Assembly: GCA_963704705.1 (NCBI GenBank)
Contig: OY969931.1
Location: 750,001 to 782,000 of the forward strand
Length of the DNA stretch: 32,000 bases
Direction: 5' to 3'
Source: an uncultured bacterium
Lineage (GTDB): Bacteria > Patescibacteriota > Gracilibacteria > UBA1369 > PNNO01
The notes beneath the pieces were generated by a model. That model worked only from the letters and a program-made list of their open reading frames with translations. It did not search any database and had not been told where the DNA came from. Position 1 is the stretch's first letter; the number at the start of each line of letters is the position of its first letter. The translations under genes and the position numbers were made by a program. Below are positions 1-9,235 of this stretch, piece by piece.

Positions 1-459
1 TTAACAAAACCAGCACTCGAATTGTTTGCAAAAGAAGAACGGGGGATCCGTCCCGGGACGGAAATGAAAATTTTGAGTTTTCATGTAGATGAAAAGGTTG
101 AACTTGAATTACGAAAACTCAAAGGCAAAGGAGAAACATTCAATGATGTCATGAAAAAACTTCTTGCGAATATGCCGAAAGAAAAAGAGATAAGGCCGCG
201 AAAAACAAAGCCATCAAAATCCAGACCAACCCCTGCACAAAAACGTCGCGAAGCTTTGGCCAAAACAAATGGCAAATGCTCTGTTCCCGGCTGCAATAAG
301 CCGGCCGAAGAAATCCATCATCCAAAACCATGGGCGATCTTCCACAAACACGATGAGCTCGAACCGCTTTGCAAAGCCCATCATGAGCTTGAGCATCAGG
401 TAGACAATGTGATCGATAAAAAATTTCGGGCTTACAAAATGCAAACTGCGCTGTTTTGA
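1..459 (+). CDS. HNH-type zinc-finger nuclease-like protein, 5'-truncated by the window edge (frame open from base 1)
   Basis: C-terminal CSVPGCNKPAEEIHHPKPWAIFHKHDELEPLCKAHHELEH matches the HNH/zinc-ribbon arrangement. The frame stays open upstream of the TTG at 22 (LTKPALELFAKEERGIRPGTEMKI). Confidence 0.75.
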   Translation, partial: LTKPALELFAKEERGIRPGTEMKILSFHVDEKVELELRKLKGKGETFNDVMKKLLANMPKEKEIRPRKTKPSKSRPTPAQKRREALAKTNGKCSVPGCNKPAEEIHHPKPWAIFHKHDELEPLCKAHHELEHQVDNVIDKKFRAYKMQTALF

Positions 460-516
460 ATATTTACTTAACCAGCTTATTTCATATATACTGCCACTGC
501 TTTAACTTTTTTAAAC

Positions 517-1824
517 ATGAATAACACAAAACTTTCGCAGGCGCAGGTTTCGGCTGTACTGGGTACTCAATGGGGTGATGAAGGAAAAGGAAAGCTTGTT
601 GATATTTTGGCGGAAAAAGCTGATTTAATAATTAGGGCAGCAGGAGGAGCAAATGCAGGACATACAATCTATGTTCCTAAAAAAAACAATCCCGAAGAAA
701 CAACCAAATTTATTTTTCATTTAATTCCAAGTGGGTGTTTTCATGAAAATAAAGAAATAGTTTTAGGAAATGGCTTGGTGATTCATTTGGGAACTTTAAT
801 GGAAGAACTCGATACATTAAAAGATCATGGTATAGATTTGAACGGTAAATTATTTATTTCTGACCGTGCTCATATTGTTTTTGAATATCATAAAAAAATC
901 GACGGACTTGAGGAAGAAAGAAAAGGAGATAAAAAAGTTGGTACAACATTACGAGGTATAGGGCCGGCTTATCAGGATAAAATTGCAAGACGCGGCGTAA
1001 GAATAGGAGAACTCCTTGAATTCGACAAATTTAGCGAGCATGTAAGATCAACATTTATCCAACTTCAAAGAATGTACCCTGATTTAAAACACGATGTTGA
1101 AAAAGAACTTGAAGATATACGAAAAATGCTCGGATTTTTAAGGCCGTTTATTGCTGATACGGCACTTTTTGTAAATACCGCAATTGATTCAGGTAAAAAA
1201 GTTTTGGTTGAAGGAGCGAACGGTACTCATCTTGATATTGATCACGGAACTTATCCGTTTGTTACTTCTTCTAACCCAACCGGAGGCGGCTTACATACCG
1301 GTACTGGAATCGGACTAAATAAAATCACGGATGTTATAGGAATTATGAAGGCTTATTTAACAAGGGTTGGTGAAGGTGTGTTCCCTACTGAACTTGACAA
1401 TGAACTAGGTGAAACAATCAGAGAAAAAGGCGGCGAATATGGTGCAACAACAGGCAGACCGCGAAGATGCGGATGGTTTGATGCGGTTGTAGGAAGATAC
1501 TCTGTAATGATAAACGGATTAACAGCTGTTAATTTAACTAAGCTAGATGTTCTTGATGAACTCCCGCATATAAAATTATGTACGGGCTACAAATATAAAG
1601 GAAAACAAATGAAGTCTATGCCTTCAACTATTGATGCGTACGCTGATTTGGAGCTTGAATATATTGAAATGGACGGATGGAATCAAGATACGAGCAAAGC
1701 ACAAACCTTTGAAGAACTCCCGGAAAACGCACAAAAATACGTATTAAAAATTGAAGAGCTTATTGGCTGCCCTATTAAATACATTGGAATTGGAATGAGA
1801 AGAGATCAAATGATCTACAGATAA
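517..1824 (+). CDS. purA: Adenylosuccinate synthase
   Basis: GTQWGDEGKGKLVDI, GGANAGHTIYV and GTTLRGIGPAYQDKIAR motifs; 435 aa full length. Confidence 0.96.
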   Translation: MNNTKLSQAQVSAVLGTQWGDEGKGKLVDILAEKADLIIRAAGGANAGHTIYVPKKNNPEETTKFIFHLIPSGCFHENKEIVLGNGLVIHLGTLMEELDTLKDHGIDLNGKLFISDRAHIVFEYHKKIDGLEEERKGDKKVGTTLRGIGPAYQDKIARRGVRIGELLEFDKFSEHVRSTFIQLQRMYPDLKHDVEKELEDIRKMLGFLRPFIADTALFVNTAIDSGKKVLVEGANGTHLDIDHGTYPFVTSSNPTGGGLHTGTGIGLNKITDVIGIMKAYLTRVGEGVFPTELDNELGETIREKGGEYGATTGRPRRCGWFDAVVGRYSVMINGLTAVNLTKLDVLDELPHIKLCTGYKYKGKQMKSMPSTIDAYADLELEYIEMDGWNQDTSKAQTFEELPENAQKYVLKIEELIGCPIKYIGIGMRRDQMIYR

Positions 1825-1825
1825 A

Positions 1826-4138
1826 CTACGCCCCAAGCTGATCAAGATTCTGCTGAAATCTGTCACCAAATTTTTGAGTTGTTCTCATTACTGACTTGAA
1901 GTCGCTATAACCTCTGCGTTTTTGCCAGTCAGTAGGATGTAAGTGATTATCAAAATAATCTCTCATTTCAGATTCTGTTTCAGGTAATGGGATTCCATCT
2001 CTTAAATTTCGGATAAATGCTGCTGCTCCACCCGGTCCGTTTCTCCAGTATAAATATACCGCTCTCATCCATGATCTGCGCATTCTGCCGTCTGTTGTTC
2101 TTAATTTATCAAAAATATTATCAACAGATTCAAGTTTGCTTAAAATTCTTGAATATCTAAACATGAAAAGATTATGAGCTGCGCATCTTTCAAAAGGTGT
2201 TGCGAATTCAGGCCTTGGTGCGCTGAAATCTAATTTCATTAACATTTCAGGGTCGATTCCGTATTTTTTCAACTGACTTCTTAAAATTTTACCTCTTTTG
2301 GAATTTTCAGAATACTTTTTAAAATCCCGCCAAACCGAATTAAGTATTTGATATTCTCCTGCTGCTGTAGAAAGTGCCACTTCCCTTGTTCCGCCTTTTT
2401 TTCTGCTATTAAAATCATAAGGATTGTAATTGGATTCAACTCTTAAAACTGCGTCGTTAAGCGCAATAAAATAATTCCAGTCTTTTTTCTTAAGGCCAAC
2501 CATTTGTGCAGAATATTTAAGTGCGTCCATTAATTTATATTTTTGCTGCATTATATCCATTCTTTGCTTTATATCCATTTTTCCAATTGCATATGCTTCC
2601 CTTCTGGCTGAGGTATACCAATCATTTTCTTCTTTTGTTAATCTGTAACCCATTCTAATTGCAAAAGGCGTACTGCCCCGAGCTACCATGTCTCTTTTTG
2701 AAGCATCCGGTAAATTAGCAGCGGACTCCGGAGGTTTTGATTTTGGTTTTGGTTTTGGTTCAGTATCAGGTAAAGAATCGTCAACTTGAGTTGGCTTGTG
2801 AATCGCTGTAACAGGCATATTTTTAAAATTGTATACTCTTATTTTTTGTCCTCCTCCGGTGTTACTGAACCAGCTTGCAATTCGTGCTTTTCGTGCAGGT
2901 TTATCTACCCAGCCTAAAAATATTCCGCTGTGGTTACCAGCATAATCATATTTATTTCTGTTGTTAATCCATACCCAATCCCCTACTTCTAAATTATCAA
3001 GCATTTTATCTGATGCATGTTTGCCTTCAATTCTGCAATCATATCTACTAGGGTCAGTTTCTGGCTTCCAGCCTTTTGATTTATCACCATTAACAAATGC
3101 ATAATCTAAATTCTGATATATGGTCTGTTTTCTTTTAACCCCGGCAATTGCATATACTCTGTCCACCCAGTCACCACAATGTCTCGCACCAATATTGTTT
3201 TCTGGTTTTGTAAGATATTCAACAACTTTTTTAATTCTTTCCTGCGCGGAAAGTCCTTCTAAACTTCCGATTTTTTCTCTAATTGCAATGATTTGTTCAC
3301 GTGAAACAGATGGTCTTTTTGTTACGAATGACCAATTCTTGTTTTGCTTATCAAGATAATTGCTGTCTTCCTTTGAATATTTTGATTTATCATATTTTTC
3401 ATATGATTTTTCATTTATTTCTTTATATTTATTGCCTTCTTTTTCCCTGAACTGCTCTTTAAATTCGGGATTTGAATTTTCAAATTCAAAAACATCGCCA
3501 GTATGAATGGCCATGTAACCCTGATTATCATAAAATCCGCGTTTTGCTTTATTTTGACCTTTCAGTCCTATTCGTCTGGCACTCATTCTCTTGAGATTTT
3601 CTCTGCCACCCTCATACTTTGTTACTTTTCGCATAGTAATAGAAAGCATATCAGCAAGCCCCCATTTATCTTCAGCTTCACTATTACCTAAAAAATTCAT
3701 TTTGTATTTTGTTTTTTCTTTAAATTTTGAATAAATTGCATCGCTTGACCAATTTTTAATATCCAATTTATCCGCATCATTCATATTCGTTGTAAAAGCA
3801 GCTAAAGTTAAGCCCGGATATTTATCCTCAAGCTTTTCAATCAAACTAATTGGTGCTGATTTAATTCTTTCTCTTAATTTTTTTACTGAATCGATTCCTT
3901 CGGAAAACATTTCCACATTCATATTCTGACGTAAAGCACCAACCAAATCTTTAGCTTTGTCTTTAAGTTTATCTTTTGCATCCTGATATTTTTTATCAAG
4001 TTTGGCTTTTTTATCTTCTTTTGTTTCAGGTGCAACTTGAGGTGCATTCGCGCCGGATTCAGGTGTTCGTGTAACATCGGGTTTTTTGGAACCCTTCACA
4101 TCATAAACTAACTTGTTTTCAGCAAAATATATTTTCAT
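1826..4138 (-). CDS. Large predicted cell-wall hydrolase: NlpC/P60/CHAP-like cysteine peptidase region plus lytic-transglycosylase (SLT-like) region
   Basis: 770 aa. IGARHCGDWVDRVY ... GDWVWINN...YAGNHSGIFLGW resembles the Cys and His blocks of papain-like hydrolases. AVLRVESNYNPYDF...LSTAAGEYQILNSVW resembles the SLT catalytic Glu and downstream motif. Charged linker and Pro/Lys-rich PKPKPKSKPPE spacer. Confidence 0.55.
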   Translation of the reverse strand: MKIYFAENKLVYDVKGSKKPDVTRTPESGANAPQVAPETKEDKKAKLDKKYQDAKDKLKDKAKDLVGALRQNMNVEMFSEGIDSVKKLRERIKSAPISLIEKLEDKYPGLTLAAFTTNMNDADKLDIKNWSSDAIYSKFKEKTKYKMNFLGNSEAEDKWGLADMLSITMRKVTKYEGGRENLKRMSARRIGLKGQNKAKRGFYDNQGYMAIHTGDVFEFENSNPEFKEQFREKEGNKYKEINEKSYEKYDKSKYSKEDSNYLDKQNKNWSFVTKRPSVSREQIIAIREKIGSLEGLSAQERIKKVVEYLTKPENNIGARHCGDWVDRVYAIAGVKRKQTIYQNLDYAFVNGDKSKGWKPETDPSRYDCRIEGKHASDKMLDNLEVGDWVWINNRNKYDYAGNHSGIFLGWVDKPARKARIASWFSNTGGGQKIRVYNFKNMPVTAIHKPTQVDDSLPDTEPKPKPKSKPPESAANLPDASKRDMVARGSTPFAIRMGYRLTKEENDWYTSARREAYAIGKMDIKQRMDIMQQKYKLMDALKYSAQMVGLKKKDWNYFIALNDAVLRVESNYNPYDFNSRKKGGTREVALSTAAGEYQILNSVWRDFKKYSENSKRGKILRSQLKKYGIDPEMLMKLDFSAPRPEFATPFERCAAHNLFMFRYSRILSKLESVDNIFDKLRTTDGRMRRSWMRAVYLYWRNGPGGAAAFIRNLRDGIPLPETESEMRDYFDNHLHPTDWQKRRGYSDFKSVMRTTQKFGDRFQQNLDQLGA

Positions 4139-4242
4139 TTTTGTTTTTTTATCCTAATATTATAGCATTTTTCAGCCAAAAAATCTAATTTCAACTTGTA
4201 TTTCCAGCCATATTTAATAGAATAGTGTTTGTAACTTTATAT

Positions 4243-4333
4243 GGGCAAGTGGCGGAATTGGTAGACGCGCTAGGTTGAGGGCCTAGTCTCCGTTTATTTG
4301 GAGGTGGAAGTTCAAGTCTTCTCTTGCCCACCA
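4243..4333 (+). tRNA. tRNA-Leu (anticodon GAG)
   Basis: GGGCAAG...CTTGCCC acceptor, GGCGGAATTGGTAGACGC D arm, CTAGG-TTGAGGG-CCTAG anticodon arm, long variable arm, encoded CCA. Confidence 0.95.
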
Positions 4334-4449
4334 CAGAGCTGAGCTCTATGGAGCGCCGTTAAGCGTAAAGCGAAAATAAAAATGTAATTAAACTGTTGAC
4401 AAATCATTTTTAAAATGCTTTAATATAGCCTAATTAAAAATTTAACCCT

Positions 4450-5073
4450 ATGGAAATGATTAAGAAACTATTGTATTTTGCTCTTCCAATCGCAGTATTG
4501 GCTGTAATAGGAGTGCAAACAGCAAGCGCAGATTACTATGATTGTGAAGGTAATGTACGTCCTGGAACACCAGGTCCGTCACAATGTCATTATTTGACTC
4601 AGCCGCCTTCGGCTTTACCGGATCAGCCTGAACAAACAACTCCATCAATTATACCAAATTGTTCAAATGGAAATTGCGGTACATTTCAATATACTCCTCA
4701 ATTACAACCATTTACGATCGTTGTTCCCCAAGATGAACCAGAAGAAATAGTACCTGATGAAGAAGATGCTACTGAAATCAGAAACAGCAGAAAATATTGT
4801 GTTAGAGATTACTGTTATATCATCTATGAAATTTGCTACAGCAATGGTTACTGTGAAAAAAAGGCAGAAAGAATTGGTCGTGATCAAATGGATAATAATG
4901 ATCAAGGAAACAATTATTACTGGGGAAACCAATTAAATAATTACGTATACAATTACTTCTACAACAACTACTACTCAGGAAGATATGATGATTATTGTAA
5001 CACTGGAAGCAGAAATTGTGTTTACAGAGGCTCTCACTACGGAAGATATACCAACCGATACTGGGACTTCTAA
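4450..5073 (+). CDS. Secreted Asn/Tyr-rich, paired-cysteine protein of unknown function
   Basis: N-terminal signal peptide (MEMIKKLLYFALPIAVLAVIGVQTASA). The mature part has Cys pairs and a low-complexity N/Y tail. Confidence 0.65.
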   Translation: MEMIKKLLYFALPIAVLAVIGVQTASADYYDCEGNVRPGTPGPSQCHYLTQPPSALPDQPEQTTPSIIPNCSNGNCGTFQYTPQLQPFTIVVPQDEPEEIVPDEEDATEIRNSRKYCVRDYCYIIYEICYSNGYCEKKAERIGRDQMDNNDQGNNYYWGNQLNNYVYNYFYNNYYSGRYDDYCNTGSRNCVYRGSHYGRYTNRYWDF

Positions 5074-5095
5074 TAAAATTCAAATATAGTTGTAA

Positions 5096-5127
5096 AGAGG
5101 CTGATTAAAAATTGGCCTCTTTTTTTA
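5096..5127 (+). terminator. Rho-independent terminator after the 4450..5073 gene
   Basis: AGAGGC-[13 nt]-GCCTCT stem followed by a run of T. Confidence 0.75.
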
Positions 5128-5180
5128 TTGCATGTTGTCAAAAAAAATGATAAAAAGATTCTTGCAACTTTCAAAATTAC

Positions 5181-5257
5181 GGGCGATTAGCTCAGTTGGC
5201 TAGAGCATCTGGTTTACACCCAGAGGGTCGTAGGTTCGAATCCTACATCGCCCACCA
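5181..5257 (+). tRNA. tRNA-Val (anticodon TAC)
   Basis: GGGCGAT...ATCGCCC acceptor, CTGGT-TTACACC-CAGAG anticodon arm, GGTTCGAATCC T arm, encoded CCA. Confidence 0.95.
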
Positions 5258-5335
5258 AAAAAAAGTTCACAAAGTTGAAAAAGTTCGTTTTGCTTTTTTT
5301 GATTTATGATAAAATGGGGCAAATAATAAAACCAT

Positions 5336-6253
5336 ATGACATATTTCCTCACACTCTTAGTTAAAATAATCCCTCTCTACGTACTTATCGCCCTTGGTTT
5401 TATTGCCAGTAAAAACAAATCTATCCGTAAGGAAACAATTTCATCTCTATTAATATATATTTTTGCGCCGGTAGTTGTTTTTGACAGTGTCGTGAAAATG
5501 GAATTAAAGCCCGAGCTTCTTACGCTCCCCTTTCTGATGTTTGGATTGTGTCTTATTGCCTCTGTATCATTTTATTTTTTAGGAAAGCTTTTCTGGAAAG
5601 ATGCACATAAAAATATTCTTGCTTTTGCCGCGAGTCAGGGAAATGCCGGATACTTTGGAATACCTGTTGCCTTAATATTATTCGGACAGGATATTTTAGG
5701 TATTTATATATTAATTTGGCTCGGAGCATATATTTTTGGATACACAGCTGGATATATTGTAGTAGCCCATGGCAAACACGGCCTTAAGGAAAGTCTAAAA
5801 AAATTCGCGAAAGTGCCTGTAATTTATACTTTTATTTTGGCATTAATATTGAATTTTTCCGGAATAAAATTAGATGAAAGTATTCTTGGAATAACCGAAA
5901 AATTCAGCAGCGCATATGCCATTCTAGGTATGATGATCCTTGGATTAAGCCTTTCAAATCTAAAGAAAACGTCACTTGATTGGACGTTTACTATACTGGC
6001 ATTTATTGCCCGTTTTGTTTTCTGGCCACTTTTAGCTTTTATTATTATCTATATTGATAATAATTTCTGGCATATTTACGACAACACTATTCATCAGCTT
6101 ATATTCCTTATCTCTATCGTACCAATTGCTGCTGATACAGTGACTTTTGCAACAGAATTTGATATTCACCCGCAAAAAATCGCACTAACGGTATTTTTAA
6201 GTACAGTTTTTGCGCTTATTTATATTCCTGCAATTTTATCCTTTGTGTTTTAA
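5336..6253 (+). CDS. AEC (auxin efflux carrier) family permease
   Basis: About ten TM segments; ASQGNAGYFGIPVALILFG and the C-terminal PIAADTVTFATEFDIHPQKIALTVFLSTVFALIYIP are typical of the family. Confidence 0.85.
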   Translation: MTYFLTLLVKIIPLYVLIALGFIASKNKSIRKETISSLLIYIFAPVVVFDSVVKMELKPELLTLPFLMFGLCLIASVSFYFLGKLFWKDAHKNILAFAASQGNAGYFGIPVALILFGQDILGIYILIWLGAYIFGYTAGYIVVAHGKHGLKESLKKFAKVPVIYTFILALILNFSGIKLDESILGITEKFSSAYAILGMMILGLSLSNLKKTSLDWTFTILAFIARFVFWPLLAFIIIYIDNNFWHIYDNTIHQLIFLISIVPIAADTVTFATEFDIHPQKIALTVFLSTVFALIYIPAILSFVF

Positions 6254-6297
6254 CAAAAGCACAACTAAAAAATAAGTTAAAACAGGCTTGTTACCAT

Positions 6298-6324
6298 AGA
6301 ACCGCCAAAGACGGCTCTTTTTTA
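6298..6324 (+). terminator. Likely rho-independent terminator after the AEC transporter gene
   Basis: AGAACCG-CCAAAGA-CGGCTCT (one mismatch) followed by TTTTT. Confidence 0.6.
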
Positions 6325-6375
6325 ATTTATAAATTTTGCTATAATGATCGGTGATATAATTAATAATTTAATGAA

Positions 6376-7773
6376 ATGAAAAGACTAATTTCAGGTTTGG
6401 CAGTGGCAATCATTTTAATCACAGCTTCAGGCTGTAATGCTGACATTACAAAATCCACAAAATACGAAACACATGAACTTAAATACATTGTGAATTTAAC
6501 AAATTATGAAGGAGACACACAAAATGTTATTGAAGATTTAAAAAATGTATTAAAAGAAAGACTAAATGAATTCCAGGTTGCTGATATTGAAATATCAGAT
6601 TCAACAGAAAACGATTTACATTATTTGAATATAAAATTCGGAACAATTGATAATATCGATGATATTAAAAAATTAATTTCACGGAATTCAACTTTTTCAA
6701 TTAAAAAGAAAATCAAAGATGAATCAGACTATGAAAATGACCTACGCGCAAAAGCGAAAGCTACTTTAGAAAAAATTAAAAATGGTGCAAACTTTGAACT
6801 ATCTGCGCAAAATGATGTATTAAGTGATCCCGAAAGAATTTTTTATTCTCATGCGGATTGGATGTATCAGGATGAAATTAAAGCAGCATTTAAAGATATA
6901 GTGTTTGATTTGGAACCTGGCGAAGTTTATCCGGAAATTATTGAGTATAATGAAAGCCCATTCGCACTTGCAGCTCCAATTAAAATAGCAAGTATCGCAA
7001 AATTGTTTGATAAAAAAGAAGGTGAGAAAGTAATCGAACATCCAAAATTGGTTAATGTAAGCCATATCTTAATTTCGTACAAGGGTGCAATGAGCACTCC
7101 ACAAGAAATCACAAGAACCAAAGAAGAAGCTGAAGCGCTTATCAATGAAGTAAAAGAAAAATTAAATAATGGTGAAGATTTTGCATCTCTTGCTTTGGAT
7201 TATTCTGATGATACTTCAACAAATGCAAGTGGGGGATATTTGGAAAATCCTGCTGGAATGGGCGGATATGTAGAAGCATTTGAAAATGCAGCATTGAAAT
7301 TAACCGAACCTGATGAAATAAGTGATGTTGTTGAATCACCATTTGGATATCACATTATAAAAGCCAGAGAAATTACTGACGCATATGAAGAAACTTTGAA
7401 TAAAATGCAGGCAACATTCGGTGTTATTTTTTATGCATTAAGACCTGCGGATTGGGAGCCAACTGATTTAATCGGTAATCATATTGTTTCAATTAAAACA
7501 TTATATGACGAAACTTATGATCCACAATTGATTGTTCAGTTAGATGAAGAAGGCACAAAATTACTTGAACAGCTCACTCAAAACAATGATGACATACTTG
7601 GTATATATTCAGGTGATGAATTAATTACCAGCTTTACAGTTAAAGAAGTTATTAGTGATGGCATATTAAAAATTATGGCACCAATAAATACTGAAGAAGC
7701 AGATTCAATTACTGCTAAACTTACATTGAAAGAATTACCTGTTCCAATAGTATTTATTGAAGAGTTGTCTTAA
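6376..7773 (+). CDS. Predicted lipoprotein combining SecD P1-like halves with an internal parvulin-type peptidyl-prolyl isomerase domain
   Basis: Lipobox-like ITASGC. VSHILISYKG...GEDFASLALDYSDDTSTNASGGYL...VEAFENAALKL...ISDVVESPFGYHIIKARE is a parvulin signature. N-terminal VIEDLKNVLKERLNEFQVADIEIS...DDIKKLISRNSTFSIK and C-terminal LIVQLDEEGTKLLEQLTQNN...IYSGDELITSFTVKEVISDG...EEADSITAKLTLKELPVPIVFIEE resemble SecD. Confidence 0.75.
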   Translation: MKRLISGLAVAIILITASGCNADITKSTKYETHELKYIVNLTNYEGDTQNVIEDLKNVLKERLNEFQVADIEISDSTENDLHYLNIKFGTIDNIDDIKKLISRNSTFSIKKKIKDESDYENDLRAKAKATLEKIKNGANFELSAQNDVLSDPERIFYSHADWMYQDEIKAAFKDIVFDLEPGEVYPEIIEYNESPFALAAPIKIASIAKLFDKKEGEKVIEHPKLVNVSHILISYKGAMSTPQEITRTKEEAEALINEVKEKLNNGEDFASLALDYSDDTSTNASGGYLENPAGMGGYVEAFENAALKLTEPDEISDVVESPFGYHIIKAREITDAYEETLNKMQATFGVIFYALRPADWEPTDLIGNHIVSIKTLYDETYDPQLIVQLDEEGTKLLEQLTQNNDDILGIYSGDELITSFTVKEVISDGILKIMAPINTEEADSITAKLTLKELPVPIVFIEELS

Positions 7774-8596
7774 ATTTATCCAAAGCGGAACTAAATGCCG
7801 ATACAGGGATCACATAACTTGTCCCCTGTTCTTCGGTATCAAAATCCAATGTCATACCAACCAGTTTTCCGCCAAGATTAATAAGCGGACCGCAACTTAA
7901 GCCACTATCAATTTCAAAATCAACCTGAATAAAACCTCCTGGAAAATCTCTAAGTGAATCGTCAGGAATTGATGAAATAATTCCTGATTTAGCTTTATCA
8001 AATGCTCCAAGAGATAACGCTTTTTGGCCAGCTTTAATTGGCTGATCATTAAATTCAAGAGTATTAAAATATTCAAATTCAGCATTGTCAGAAATTTTTA
8101 AAAGCGCTATATCGTCAGTATCATCGCGATAAACAACCTGAGCATTATAAACCTGATCATTATCAAAAATAATAAACCATGAATTTCTGTTTTTAACCAA
8201 CGACGAACAAGTGGCAATTAAACCATCTGAAGTTAAAACAAAACCCGAACCAGCAAGTGTTTGGGATGGATCATTTGTTGTTTGCGGTGAATAACCCTTA
8301 TAAAATAGATCACTGTTAATCGGCTTATTCACGGAGGTTGGTGTTTGCGTGTCTGAAATCAAAACCAAAGCTTTTGAAGCATCATCAATTGCTTCAAGTG
8401 TTGATGATTCTTCCACGTAAACCTTTTCTTCAATTACTTTTTTAACAATAGGAAACTCCTCCTCCTGTTTTTCAGTTAATTGCCCAAAAAGATAAGCAAT
8501 TAAATATTCGTTGGTTAATGCACCTCCAATAAGGCCTGTAATTAAAGCGATTGTGAAGGTTAAAGCAATGATTTTCGGAATTGAAATCTTTTTCAT
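7754..8596 (-). CDS. HtrA/DegP-like trypsin-fold protein, membrane-anchored, no PDZ domain, probable pseudoprotease
   Basis: GSGFVLTSDGLIATCSSLV, DDTDDIALLKI and IDSGLSCGPLINLGGKLVGM align to the HtrA His, Asp and Ser blocks, with the His replaced. N-terminal TM. The ORF track starts at 8635, but the ATG at 8596 (MKKISIPKIIALTF) looks more natural. Confidence 0.75.
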   Translation of the reverse strand: MKKISIPKIIALTFTIALITGLIGGALTNEYLIAYLFGQLTEKQEEEFPIVKKVIEEKVYVEESSTLEAIDDASKALVLISDTQTPTSVNKPINSDLFYKGYSPQTTNDPSQTLAGSGFVLTSDGLIATCSSLVKNRNSWFIIFDNDQVYNAQVVYRDDTDDIALLKISDNAEFEYFNTLEFNDQPIKAGQKALSLGAFDKAKSGIISSIPDDSLRDFPGGFIQVDFEIDSGLSCGPLINLGGKLVGMTLDFDTEEQGTSYVIPVSAFSSALDKFKTTLQ

Positions 8597-8667
8597 AATT
8601 ATTTGGATTTTAGCTTTAACAATTTTTGAATGCAAGTTATACTAAAATCTGGCCTATCCAATTTGTT

Positions 8668-9225
8668 ATGCAAACTAAAGCTGAAATTAGAAAGGATATA
8701 AAAGAAAAACGCGATGCTTTAGATAAAAAACAAAAAGAAATTCTGGATGAAAAAATCCAAAGCAGAGTTAATATAAGTTCTGTTTTTAAAAATGCAAAAA
8801 ATGTTTTGTTTTATGTTTCATTTGGAAATGAAGCGGATACAATTAAATTAATTACAGAAAATTTTAGTAAAAAAAATATTTTTGTTCCAAAAGTAAATGG
8901 CAGAAATCTTGAAATTTATCAAATTGAATCTATTGATGATCTTAAAACCGGTGCATTTGGGATTTTAGAACCTGTAAGCGACTCAAAAACAGAAAATTTT
9001 GATAAAATCGATATAGCTTTCATTCCAGGAATAGCCTTTGACAGAATCGGTCACAGAATTGGTTTTGGAAAAGGTTTTTATGATATCTTAAATAAAAAAT
9101 TAAATTGTTTAAAAGTTGGACTTGCATATAATTTTCAAATTGTTGAAAATATCCCTGCTGATAAGCATGACGAGCCTGTTGATTTAATAATCACTGATTC
9201 TGAAATTATAGAACCTAACATCTAA
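8668..9225 (+). CDS. 5-formyltetrahydrofolate cyclo-ligase
   Basis: [39 protein letters not shown] and [20 protein letters not shown] motifs; start taken as ATG 8668. Confidence 0.9.
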   Translation: MQTKAEIRKDIKEKRDALDKKQKEILDEKIQSRVNISSVFKNAKNVLFYVSFGNEADTIKLITENFSKKNIFVPKVNGRNLEIYQIESIDDLKTGAFGILEPVSDSKTENFDKIDIAFIPGIAFDRIGHRIGFGKGFYDILNKKLNCLKVGLAYNFQIVENIPADKHDEPVDLIITDSEIIEPNI

Positions 9226-9235
9226 CCTTACATAT

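Noticed and set aside
2000-4138. Plus-strand ORFs opposite the large hydrolase gene (3120..3359, 3503..3691)
   Set aside because: Antisense to a long, motif-bearing ORF and without recognisable features.
4820-5083. Minus-strand Cys/Phe-rich ORF (87 aa)
   Set aside because: It mirrors the low-complexity Asn/Tyr region of the plus-strand secreted protein; likely a composition artefact.
6820-8085. Small ORFs 6820..7065 -, 6927..7145 -, 7142..7342 + and 7897..8085 -
   Set aside because: Alternative frames of the SecD/parvulin-like and HtrA-like genes; the main frames carry clear family motifs.
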